Of a DNA stretch of 64,000 nucleotides, positions 36,377-45,272 are shown one piece after another (the first letter of the stretch is position 1; each line of letters begins with the position of its first letter). The notes under the pieces are model-generated. The model saw nothing but the letters and a program-made list of their open reading frames with translations. It was not told the DNA's origin and ran no database searches. Both the position numbers and the translations under genes were made by a program. This stretch comes from Acutalibacteraceae bacterium (lineage in GTDB: Bacteria > Bacillota > Clostridia > Oscillospirales > Acutalibacteraceae), in the NCBI GenBank assembly GCA_045535505.1, contig JAZSLU010000032.1:2966-66965 (forward strand). The letters run 5' to 3'.

Positions 36377-37935
36377 TTAATGCAGTTGGACGTGAATTGC
36401 CCGAAAAAATTGGCAATTACATAGTAAAACCTTACGCCGGACCCAGCGAAAAAATTGAAGCTGAAAGTGCCGTATGTTCTTGTAGAAAACCCAGCAAACG
36501 TGCGGTTGCAAATACAAAGTTAATGCCAAATTTAATTGAGGCAATTAAAGCTTGCGGTCTGAAAGACGGAATGACAATTTCTTTCCATCACAGTTTCAGA
36601 GAGGGCGATTATATTGTCGGACAGGTGCTTTCTGCTATTAAAGAGTTAGGCATCAAGGGATTGCGTTTTGCCCCCAGTGCTGTTGTAAACATTAAAAACC
36701 CTTCTATTGTTGATTTCGTTAAGGATGGCACTATTGACCGCATTCAAGCAAGTGGTATTCGCGGTGAGCTTGGCGATGCAGTAGTTGACGGATTAGAACT
36801 TTCAGAGCCTGTTATTCTTCGCCCACACGGTGCAAGACCTCATGCCATTGAAACCGGTGCATTGTCTATAGACGTTGCTTTCATTGGTGCTTCTGCAGCA
36901 GACGAGTTTGGAAACTGTACTGGACAGGTTGGCCCTAATGCATGTGGCTCTTTAGGTTATTCGTTTATTGACGCAACCTGTGCTGAAAACGTTGTTGTTA
37001 TTACAGATAATTTGGTTGATTATCCTTGTGTACCTATTTCTATTTCACAGATGTACGTAGATTATGTTGTAAAGGTTGACCAAATTGGTGATTCTGCAAA
37101 AATTGGTGCAGGCGCTGCGAGAAAAACCAAAAACCCACGCGACCTTTTAATTGCACAGCGTGCAGCTGACGTTATGGCGGCCAGCCGCTTGTTTAAGGAT
37201 GGATATTCTTTTCAGACCGGGGCGGGCGCTATAAGTATTGCTTGTACTGACTTTTTGGCTGAACATACTGAAAAAGCCGGCATTCAGGCAAGTTATGCTC
37301 TTGGAGGAATGACAGCTAACATTGTTGAAATGTATAAAAAAGGCCTTGTGCGTTCACTTTTGTGCTCACAGTCTTTTGATGCGGTTGCGGCAAGAGCAAT
37401 CGTGGATAATCCTAACATTGTTGAAATTGACAACTCCATGTACGCCAATATGTTTAACAAAAGCTGTGCTCTTGATAAACTTAACTTTGGTGTGTTGGGA
37501 GCACTTGAAATTGACGTTGATTTTAATATTAACATCTTAACCGGCTCAAGCGGTGAGATGATGTCAGGAATAGGTGGCGGCCCCGACGTTGCTGACGGTG
37601 CTGACATTTCTATCGTAACACTTCCCATTGTGCGCGGACGCATTCCCTCGGTGGTAGAAAAGGTATTTACTTGTTGCACCCCCGGTACTTCTGTGGCGGT
37701 TGTTGTTACCGAAGCGGGTATTGCACTTAACCCCAAGCACAAGAGTTATGAAATGCTTAAGGAAGATTTGAAAAAGGCTTCAATTAAAACAGTATCTATT
37801 GAAGATTTGCTTAAAACAGCTTACTCACTTACAGGTGTTCCCAAACCTATTGAAACAACAGACAAAATTACCTGCATTGTTGAGTATCGTGACGGAACGG
37901 TTATTGATGTTATCCGTCAAATTAAAAGGGACTAA
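36373..37935 (+). CDS. citF: Citrate-lyase alpha subunit-like (acetyl-ACP:acid ACP-transferase)
   Basis: 520 aa, the size of CitF, sitting between the CitE-like gene and the downstream genes. ATGA overlap with citE. The family call rests on length, position in the D-E-F order and overall sequence character. Confidence 0.8.
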   Translation: MINAVGRELPEKIGNYIVKPYAGPSEKIEAESAVCSCRKPSKRAVANTKLMPNLIEAIKACGLKDGMTISFHHSFREGDYIVGQVLSAIKELGIKGLRFAPSAVVNIKNPSIVDFVKDGTIDRIQASGIRGELGDAVVDGLELSEPVILRPHGARPHAIETGALSIDVAFIGASAADEFGNCTGQVGPNACGSLGYSFIDATCAENVVVITDNLVDYPCVPISISQMYVDYVVKVDQIGDSAKIGAGAARKTKNPRDLLIAQRAADVMAASRLFKDGYSFQTGAGAISIACTDFLAEHTEKAGIQASYALGGMTANIVEMYKKGLVRSLLCSQSFDAVAARAIVDNPNIVEIDNSMYANMFNKSCALDKLNFGVLGALEIDVDFNINILTGSSGEMMSGIGGGPDVADGADISIVTLPIVRGRIPSVVEKVFTCCTPGTSVAVVVTEAGIALNPKHKSYEMLKEDLKKASIKTVSIEDLLKTAYSLTGVPKPIETTDKITCIVEYRDGTVIDVIRQIKRD

Positions 37936-37978
37936 TTTTAGTTATAATAAAAAATTTAAATATCTGGAGGAAAAAATT

Positions 37979-38884
37979 ATGAACACTATGCAAGAAACAA
38001 GAGCTTTTTTGGAAACACTCGGTCAGCCCGGCGGCGATTTGTATGAATTGCCCGATTCAGAAAAACGTTTTGACGACGGTTGTCAGTATCGTTTTGAGGT
38101 TCCCGGCATTCAGGGCCCCACTGTTATGAAAGCATTGCTTGAAGAAATTGACAGACTTGGCTTCTACATTCACCGTGTAACTCAGACAAAAGGTATCTGG
38201 ACACTTTCTGACAGTGATATTACCGGTATGGTAGAGTTAGCAAAACAGTATCAGGTTGAATTGGTTTTGGCTATTGGCCCCCGTGCTACAACCGACACAA
38301 GTGCATCTGTTAAGAGCCCTGAAGGCGTACGTATGGGTTACCGTTTGCGTGGTCAGGATCAGGTTGTTAGAGCTATTGAAGACGTTCGCCGTGCTGCTCG
38401 TTTGGGCGCTCGTACATTCCTTGTATATGATGAGGGTTGTTTGTGGGCATTGAACAAGGCACGCGAAGCTGGCTTGCTCCCCGAAGACTGCAAATTTAAA
38501 ATGTCTGCACACGCAGGTCACGGCAATCCCTGCTCTGCTAAATTGCTTCAGGACATCGGCGCAGACTCATTCAACATCGTTAGAGACTATCAGTTACAGC
38601 ATTTAGCAGCTGTTCGTTCTGCTATTGATATCCCGATTGACTGCCATACTGAAAACCCCACTTCATCAGGTGGATTTATCCGTCATTACGAAGTTCCTGA
38701 GATGATTCGTGTTGCATCACCCATCTACTTGAAAACAGGTGGTTCAGTTGCACAGACACATAGCTGGGATTCAACAGAAGCAGATGCTAAAAAACGTGCT
38801 AAACAGGTATTGTTGGTTAAGCGTGTTATCGATGCTTACTATCCTGAAGCAACATACTCACCCAAAGGTTCAACAAATCACTAA
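37979..38884 (+). CDS. Orphan 301-aa soluble protein, family not recognised (possibly an alpha/beta barrel)
   Basis: GGAGG lies 8 nt before ATG 37979 (MNTMQETRAF...). The alternating hydrophobic/charged pattern, with candidate catalytic His/Asp/Glu clusters (VYDEG, SAHAGHGN, DCHTENP), suggests an enzyme. The ORF-track extension back to 37799 overlaps citF and is rejected. Confidence 0.6.
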   Translation: MNTMQETRAFLETLGQPGGDLYELPDSEKRFDDGCQYRFEVPGIQGPTVMKALLEEIDRLGFYIHRVTQTKGIWTLSDSDITGMVELAKQYQVELVLAIGPRATTDTSASVKSPEGVRMGYRLRGQDQVVRAIEDVRRAARLGARTFLVYDEGCLWALNKAREAGLLPEDCKFKMSAHAGHGNPCSAKLLQDIGADSFNIVRDYQLQHLAAVRSAIDIPIDCHTENPTSSGGFIRHYEVPEMIRVASPIYLKTGGSVAQTHSWDSTEADAKKRAKQVLLVKRVIDAYYPEATYSPKGSTNH

Positions 38885-38932
38885 TTTATAAGTTGCAGTC
38901 CCATAAATCTGTCAACAGAAAGGGATACATAT

Positions 38933-39442
38933 ATGGAAATTAAAACAATTACCGCACCTTTTACTGATGAAGTGCTAAGCCAGCTTAAAGTTGGAGATAT
39001 TGTAAATGTGTCAGGCATAATTTATGCCGGCCGTGACGCTGTGCTTCCCAAAATTGTAGAAATGATTGAAGAAGACACATTAAAGGATACCGACATTAAT
39101 TTACAAGGCAGCGTGATTTTTCACACTGCAGTCAGCCCTGCAGGCGTAGGCCCCACCTCAAGCAATAAGCTTGAGATTGAGGGCACAATGCCTCAACTGA
39201 CACAAGCAGGTATTAGAATGCATTTGGGCAAAGGTGCATTAAAAAAAGAAACCATAGAAATGTTTGACAAATATAATGCTGTTTATGCGGTTATTGCGCC
39301 TGTTACAGCATTGCTTAATAGCAAGGTTAAGGCAAAGCGTTGCGTTGCACATCCCGAGCTTGGTATGGAAGCTTTCTATGAACTGCAGGTTGAAGAGTTC
39401 CCCTGCATTATTGCGGCCGCTCACGGTCAGAGCATGTTTTAA
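38933..39442 (+). CDS. Fe-S hydro-lyase beta subunit (class I fumarase / L-tartrate dehydratase / mesaconase C-terminal-domain type)
   Basis: 169 aa. The N-terminal swivel-domain pattern LKVGDIVNVSGIIYAGRDAVL and GKGA match my memory of the FumB/TtdB-type beta subunit. Confidence 0.8.
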   Translation: MEIKTITAPFTDEVLSQLKVGDIVNVSGIIYAGRDAVLPKIVEMIEEDTLKDTDINLQGSVIFHTAVSPAGVGPTSSNKLEIEGTMPQLTQAGIRMHLGKGALKKETIEMFDKYNAVYAVIAPVTALLNSKVKAKRCVAHPELGMEAFYELQVEEFPCIIAAAHGQSMF

Positions 39443-39456
39443 GGAGGTAAATTCGT

Positions 39457-40314
39457 ATGTCTTTTGATTACAACCAAGTAGTTGCAAAGGTAGCGGATAC
39501 TCTTGTTAGAGCAGGTTCTACCTTCCGTGAGGATAAAAAAGAGGCTTATCGTCGTGCTATTGCATCTGAAGAACTGCAAAGAGCAAAATGGAACCTTGAA
39601 ACCATTTTAGAAAACGCTGAGGTTGCTCAGTGTAATCGCAGTCCTTTGTGTGACGATACCGGCATACCTCACGTTTTTATTGAGGTTGGTCCCAACCGCG
39701 CTATAACAGGCGGTTTACTGTCTGCTATTCAGGACGGTGTGCGTGAAGGTTTGCGCACATTGCCCGGTCGTCCAATGGCTATTATGGGTGATGACGTAGC
39801 AAGAATTGATATGAGCGGCGGCATTAGCCCCGACAGTGATGCTCTTGATACAGCGCCTTTCCTTATTAAAGAGGTTGAAGAAGATGTATTGCGCGTTCAC
39901 GTTCTTATGCTTGGCGGCGGCCCTGCTATACGTGGTATCACACACCGTATATTCCATAAGCACAGCATTGATGTAGTGCTTGACGAAATTGTTGAGCGTA
40001 CAAAAGGTGCTACCAAACTGCTTGGCTGCACACCTTGTGCTGTTGCTATCGGTGTAGGTCGTTCACAGTATGAGGCTACTGCTTTGATGATGGAAGCAAT
40101 GGTTTACGGCGACTTTAACAAACAAAACGATATGGAGCAATATATTACTGATAAGGTTAACGAAACAGATGTTGGTCCTCTTGGCCTCAACGGTAAGACA
40201 ACAGTACTTGCAACCTTTATGAAGGTTGGTCCTCAACGTGCAAGTGGTGTACGTGTTGTTGCTATACGTCCCGGCTGTTGCTTTGAGCCCCGTATTGCCA
40301 GCGTAGAGCTTTAA
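39457..40314 (+). CDS. Fe-S hydro-lyase alpha subunit (class I fumarase / tartrate dehydratase N-terminal-domain type)
   Basis: 285 aa. Cluster-ligand contexts are PLCDDTGIP, GCTPCAVAIGVGRS and RPGCCFEP. AAGGAGG lies upstream. Confidence 0.8.
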   Translation: MSFDYNQVVAKVADTLVRAGSTFREDKKEAYRRAIASEELQRAKWNLETILENAEVAQCNRSPLCDDTGIPHVFIEVGPNRAITGGLLSAIQDGVREGLRTLPGRPMAIMGDDVARIDMSGGISPDSDALDTAPFLIKEVEEDVLRVHVLMLGGGPAIRGITHRIFHKHSIDVVLDEIVERTKGATKLLGCTPCAVAIGVGRSQYEATALMMEAMVYGDFNKQNDMEQYITDKVNETDVGPLGLNGKTTVLATFMKVGPQRASGVRVVAIRPGCCFEPRIASVEL

Positions 40315-40325
40315 GGAGAATAGTA

Positions 40326-41444
40326 ATGAGTAATGAATTCAAACCTATGAAATTCGGTTGCGGCAGATATGTTCAAGCTCCCGGCGCTACCCAAATTGTC
40401 GGTAGGGAAGCCGCAATGCTGAAAAGTAAAAAGGCATTGATTGTTGGCGGTAAAAACGCCTTGGATTCAGTGGGTTCTAAAATGGAAGCCAGTCTTAAAG
40501 ATGCCGGTATAGAGCCATATTTTTATACAATGACATCTGACTGTACTTATGATACATTAGATTACCTGAAGAACACACTTATTCCTCAGCAGAAGGCTGA
40601 TTTGGTAATTGGTGCAGGTGGCGGTAAAGTTGTTGATATGGCTAAAGCTTCTGGTAAGTGCAGCGGTTTGCCCGTTATGAACGTGCCTACTTCTGTTGCA
40701 ACCTTTAACTGCTGGTCAGCAATGAGCGTTATGTACACACCCGACCATAAGCCCATTGACCGAATTTGGCATTCAACAGAGATTGATGCTGTTGTTATTG
40801 ATACACAGGTTATTGCCGATGCTCCTGTTAAGCTTTTTGCTTCAGGCATGGCTGATGCTTTTGCTAAGTATATTGAAACCGGATTTATGGATGAGGCTTA
40901 TACTGTAAATAACACTCCTGCCGGCATGTACACATCAAAAGTTATGGCAGGAACCACTAATGAAATTATTCTTAACCGCGGTGAACAAGCATACCGTGAT
41001 TGCATTGAACACAAGGTTACAGATGATTTTGATGCTTGTGTTTTTGCGAACGTTGCAACAACAGCTATTGCTGCTGCTGTAAATTATGGCAACCATTCAT
41101 TAATTCAAAGCGGTAACGGCAAGGGTGCAACTTTTGCACATGCTCTTTACTATGCTTGTAAAGCTAAATATACCGAAGAAACTAGCAACTGGTTGCACGG
41201 CGAGATTGTAGGTTTAGGTTGTCAAGCATCAATGTATGCGTATGAACGTGGTGAATATGAAACCAAAAACTTCGCTCGCTTTATGAAGGCGATCGGACAG
41301 CCTATGTCTTTGAAAGAAATAGGACTTGATGTTAGTGATAAAGGTCTTAAAGAATTGGTTGACTGTATGATGGTTGTTTGGGGAAAACGTCCCGAAGCAC
41401 ATTGGCCCATCATATACGATGCATTGCAGATGATTAAGGAATAA
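40326..41444 (+). CDS. Iron-containing (group III) alcohol dehydrogenase family, glycerol-dehydrogenase-like
   Basis: 372 aa. NAD-binding GAGGGKVVDMAK, metal-site Asp context SGMADAFAKY, and later His residues (HALYY, LHGEIVGLG). Confidence 0.8.
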   Translation: MSNEFKPMKFGCGRYVQAPGATQIVGREAAMLKSKKALIVGGKNALDSVGSKMEASLKDAGIEPYFYTMTSDCTYDTLDYLKNTLIPQQKADLVIGAGGGKVVDMAKASGKCSGLPVMNVPTSVATFNCWSAMSVMYTPDHKPIDRIWHSTEIDAVVIDTQVIADAPVKLFASGMADAFAKYIETGFMDEAYTVNNTPAGMYTSKVMAGTTNEIILNRGEQAYRDCIEHKVTDDFDACVFANVATTAIAAAVNYGNHSLIQSGNGKGATFAHALYYACKAKYTEETSNWLHGEIVGLGCQASMYAYERGEYETKNFARFMKAIGQPMSLKEIGLDVSDKGLKELVDCMMVVWGKRPEAHWPIIYDALQMIKE

Positions 41445-41480
41445 TCTGCTTGAGCAAATGTTATCAAAGGAGAAGTGTGT

Positions 41481-42824
41481 ATGAATCTGACTGATACTTT
41501 TATACATACACTTTATACATTAAAATCTCAACCCATTCCAAACGAGGTAAAACAGGAGGCACGAAAGTGCCTCCTCGATGAGATTGGAACAATGATTGCG
41601 GGTGCTAAACTGTTGCAAGACCGTTTAGACTCATATCTTGATATGTTCTCGGGTGATGACGCAACTGCTGTTGGGCTTGGACGTAAAGCTTCGCTTCAGA
41701 ATGCCGCTTTGGTTAACGGTATAGCAGGTCATGCCTACGATTTTGATGACGGTCATCGTTTTTCTACCGTTCATCTTGGTTCGGCTGTTATTCCTGCTGT
41801 ATTGGCAGTGGCTGAAAAAGAGAACAAAAACATGGATGATGTTTTGCAAGGCATTATTATTGGTTATGAGGCTGCTATACGTATGGGCAACTGCATTCAA
41901 CCAAGCCACCGTTCACGTGGTTATCACGCTTCGGGTACTGTTGGTACTATTGGTGCCGCAATGGGTGTTGCCGCTCTGCTTGATTTTGATAGAGAGCAGT
42001 TTAAAGCTACATTGGCAACTGCTTGTACAAGCGCCGGCGGTATTTTAGAAATGCAGGAAGATACTTCTACATTGAAACCCTTTAACATTGGACGTGCTAC
42101 CCATGATGGTGTTACCGCAGCATTGATTGTAAGGGCGGGTTTTAGTGGACCAAATGATACCCTTGAGGGCAAATTTGGTTTTATGCGTGCAGCTTGTGAT
42201 ACTTATAAGCCGGAAGTGCTTTCGTTAGAACATAACAGCAATTATAACATTTGTGGATGCTATCACAAACCCTATGCTTCTTGCAGACACACACATGGGG
42301 CTGTATATGCTGCTCTTAGGGCTGTGAAAGATAATAATGTTGATTGGCATGACATTGAAAACATATATGTTGATATGTACAGCCAAGGTATTAAGGGACA
42401 CGACCATACAGATATTCCCAGTATAGTGGCGGGCAAAATGTCGGCTCCTTACTGCATTGCTATGGCTCTTATTACCGGTAAAATCGGTATTAATTCTTAT
42501 ACCGAAGAATCAATTAAAGATTCTGAAATTTTGGCTTTGACAAAAAAGGTTTCTGTGCGCGCAGATGAAGAAATGACATCTTGGGTCCCTAAAAAGAGGG
42601 CTGCAAGGGTTACTATTGAACTAAAAAGCGGTGATACTTATACCTTCCAGGCTGATTATGCCTATGGCGAACCCGAGATTCCGATGTCGATGGAAGATTT
42701 TTGTTCAAAGACAACCGAACTTGCGCTTTCTGCATCACGTACAGAAGATGAGATAAAACAAATTATTGATATGGTTCTGTCATTTAACGGTAATGTCGCA
42801 GAACTTATGCAAAAAATAGCCTGA
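41481..42824 (+). CDS. MmgE/PrpD family protein (2-methylcitrate dehydratase / cis-aconitate decarboxylase superfamily)
   Basis: 447 aa. The N-terminal pattern ...EARKCLLDEIGTMIAGA... and HAYDFDD..HLGSAVIPAVLA are typical of PrpD-family proteins. Confidence 0.85.
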   Translation: MNLTDTFIHTLYTLKSQPIPNEVKQEARKCLLDEIGTMIAGAKLLQDRLDSYLDMFSGDDATAVGLGRKASLQNAALVNGIAGHAYDFDDGHRFSTVHLGSAVIPAVLAVAEKENKNMDDVLQGIIIGYEAAIRMGNCIQPSHRSRGYHASGTVGTIGAAMGVAALLDFDREQFKATLATACTSAGGILEMQEDTSTLKPFNIGRATHDGVTAALIVRAGFSGPNDTLEGKFGFMRAACDTYKPEVLSLEHNSNYNICGCYHKPYASCRHTHGAVYAALRAVKDNNVDWHDIENIYVDMYSQGIKGHDHTDIPSIVAGKMSAPYCIAMALITGKIGINSYTEESIKDSEILALTKKVSVRADEEMTSWVPKKRAARVTIELKSGDTYTFQADYAYGEPEIPMSMEDFCSKTTELALSASRTEDEIKQIIDMVLSFNGNVAELMQKIA

Positions 42825-42900
42825 TTTTAAATTAACCTGCTATAAAAGTATGGTTGGTACTTGGCTAAATTTATATACACAAATATTAAGAGGTGAAAAT

Positions 42901-44481
42901 ATGGACCAGTCGCTTATCCGTAAACTTGTTAGCGCAGATGAAGAATATTTGCGTGACGAATCTAAAAAAGTCGGTTATGCTGAGACAATTTCTTTCCCTG
43001 AAACTCACGACCAGGTTTGTGAGATTATGGCGGAACTTTATAAAACGGGTACATCTGTTACTGTTCAGGGCGGTCGTACCGGTTTGGCTTCAGCTGCTGT
43101 GCCTTTTGGCGGTCATGTGCTTAATATGTCCAGAATGGATAAGGTTCTTAGCATGCGCCAAGAGAACGGTGATTTTTACATAACCGTTCAGTCTGGTGTA
43201 ATTTTGCAAAAACTTAATAAGGCTATTGCAGCACGTTCTTTTGATATTAGTTCTTGGGATGATGCATCTCAAGAAACATTTAAGGCGTTCTGTCAAGGTC
43301 CTGTGCAAATGTTTACTCCCGACCCAACTGAAAGCACTGCAACTATCGGTGGTATGGTTGCTTGTAATGCGTCTGGCGCTCGCAGCTATCATTATGGTGC
43401 AACACGCAGACATATTCAGGCTATCCGTGGTGTTTTGGCAAACGGTCAATCAATTTCTTTGCGCAGAGGAGAAATTTTTGCTAAAGGGTTAGAACTCAAC
43501 CTGCCTACCGAGCAAGGAGATACCATTAATGTAAAATTGCCTTCGTATAAAATGCCTAACTGCAAAAATGCTTCGGGCTATTATTGCTGTGAAGATATGG
43601 ATGCGATTGACCTGCTTATTGGCAGTGACGGCACATTGGCAGTTTTAACCGAAATTGAATTATCCTTGTTGCCAGTGCCTGCACTCACATGGGGTGTTAG
43701 CTGCTTCTTTAGTGAAGAAGCCAAGGCAGTTGCATATACAAAACTTGTTAGACAAATTGAGCAGGGAATAGTTGCTATTGAATATTTTGATTCTTGTGCT
43801 CTTGATATATTGCGCAGACAAAAGGCGGAAAGCACCGCTTTTGCAGGGCTTCCTTTCTTGCCTGATGATTATGGTTGCGCAGTTTACACAGAATTGCATT
43901 GCGAATCAGAAGAACAGGCATACGAGCTTTTGGAGGCACTTGGTCAAAAATGTGCCAAAGCAGGTGGTAATGCTGATATGACATGGGTTGCTTGCAGCGA
44001 TAGTGACCGTGATATGTTGCACTTCTTCCGCCATGCTGTTCCTGAAAGTGTTAATATGCAGGTTGAGCGTACAAAACATACATATCCTGAGGTTACTAAG
44101 GTTGGCGGCGACTTGGCAGTTCCCGACGAATGTTTTGAAGAACTTCTTGAGTTGTATGATGTTACATTGAAAGAAGAAGGCTTATTACATGCCGCATGGG
44201 GTCACATTGGTGACAACCATATTCACGTAAATATTTTGCCCAGAGATATGGACGAGTATAGCCGCGGAAAAGCTTTATTGGCTAAATGGGCTGCTGAAGT
44301 TTCACGTATGGGCGGTGCAGTTTCTGCAGAACATGGCGTTGGTAAACTTAAGGCTCCTTTCTTAGAGGTTATGTACGGCGCAGAGTTTATAGGACAGATG
44401 GCCGAATTAAAAGCAACATTTGACCCGCTCTGGATGCTTGGACGAGGCAATTTATTTGCACCGAAAGAGGAGGTAAAATAA
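42901..44481 (+). CDS. FAD-linked oxidase (GlcD / D-lactate dehydrogenase-like), about 526 aa
   Basis: FAD_binding_4-type N-domain (VTVQGGRTGLASAAVP, GGMVACNASG) and a C-terminal oxidase domain (GHIGDNHIHVNI, SAEHGVGKLK). AAGAGGTGA lies before ATG 42901. Confidence 0.85.
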   Translation: MDQSLIRKLVSADEEYLRDESKKVGYAETISFPETHDQVCEIMAELYKTGTSVTVQGGRTGLASAAVPFGGHVLNMSRMDKVLSMRQENGDFYITVQSGVILQKLNKAIAARSFDISSWDDASQETFKAFCQGPVQMFTPDPTESTATIGGMVACNASGARSYHYGATRRHIQAIRGVLANGQSISLRRGEIFAKGLELNLPTEQGDTINVKLPSYKMPNCKNASGYYCCEDMDAIDLLIGSDGTLAVLTEIELSLLPVPALTWGVSCFFSEEAKAVAYTKLVRQIEQGIVAIEYFDSCALDILRRQKAESTAFAGLPFLPDDYGCAVYTELHCESEEQAYELLEALGQKCAKAGGNADMTWVACSDSDRDMLHFFRHAVPESVNMQVERTKHTYPEVTKVGGDLAVPDECFEELLELYDVTLKEEGLLHAAWGHIGDNHIHVNILPRDMDEYSRGKALLAKWAAEVSRMGGAVSAEHGVGKLKAPFLEVMYGAEFIGQMAELKATFDPLWMLGRGNLFAPKEEVK

Positions 44482-45272
44482 TGAAAATTATTGTTTGTAT
44501 GAAACAAGTACCTGCCGCAGCAACGGCAAGTATTGATCCTCTAACCAAAACTATAGTGCGTACCGGTCGTAACGCTGTAACCAATCCGTTTGATTTATAT
44601 GCATTGCAAGCTGCAATAGATATTCATAAAGTTGTAGGCGGTACGCTTACTGCGGTTACTATGGGTATTCCTGCCGCACAAAAGGTTTTAAGAGATGCTA
44701 TCAGCCGTGGTGCTGATGATGGTGCTATTCTTTCTGACCGTGCATTTGCCGGTGCTGATACTTTGGCAACATCTTACGCTCTTTCACTCGGTATTGAAAA
44801 ACTCGGCGGTGCCGATTTGATTGTTTGCGGAAAAATGGCTGTTGACGGCGATACGGCACAAATTGGTCCCGAACTTGCTCAGCATTTGGGTATCCCACAT
44901 GTTTCTGACGTTAGCGAAATATTAGAGATTGCTTCCGACCATATAGTTGTACGTCGTGTATGGGACGATATTGAACAAGAAGTTAGTTTTCCGTTACCTG
45001 CATTGATAACTGTTGCAAAAGGTCAAAACCTGCCACAGTTGCCTACCATTAACGGTATGCTTCGCGGTCGTGCTGCCGAAATTCCAATGTTTACTGCTCA
45101 AGATTTACAAGCAGATATTACCCGCTGCGGTTTAAAAGGATCACCTACACAGGTTGTTCGCACATTTACACCGCCTGTACGCGGTCAAGCACAGAGCATT
45201 GAAGGCAACGAGGCAGAACAAGCCGGAGAACTGGCTAAGATTATTAAGGAGGTACTCAATGGAACAGATTAA
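44481..45272 (+). CDS. etfB: Electron transfer flavoprotein beta subunit
   Basis: 263 aa. MKIIVCMKQVP...NPFDLYALQAA...GADLIVCGKMAVDGDTAQIGP is a classic EtfB pattern. TAATG overlap with the oxidase gene. Confidence 0.9.
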   Translation: MKIIVCMKQVPAAATASIDPLTKTIVRTGRNAVTNPFDLYALQAAIDIHKVVGGTLTAVTMGIPAAQKVLRDAISRGADDGAILSDRAFAGADTLATSYALSLGIEKLGGADLIVCGKMAVDGDTAQIGPELAQHLGIPHVSDVSEILEIASDHIVVRRVWDDIEQEVSFPLPALITVAKGQNLPQLPTINGMLRGRAAEIPMFTAQDLQADITRCGLKGSPTQVVRTFTPPVRGQAQSIEGNEAEQAGELAKIIKEVLNGTD

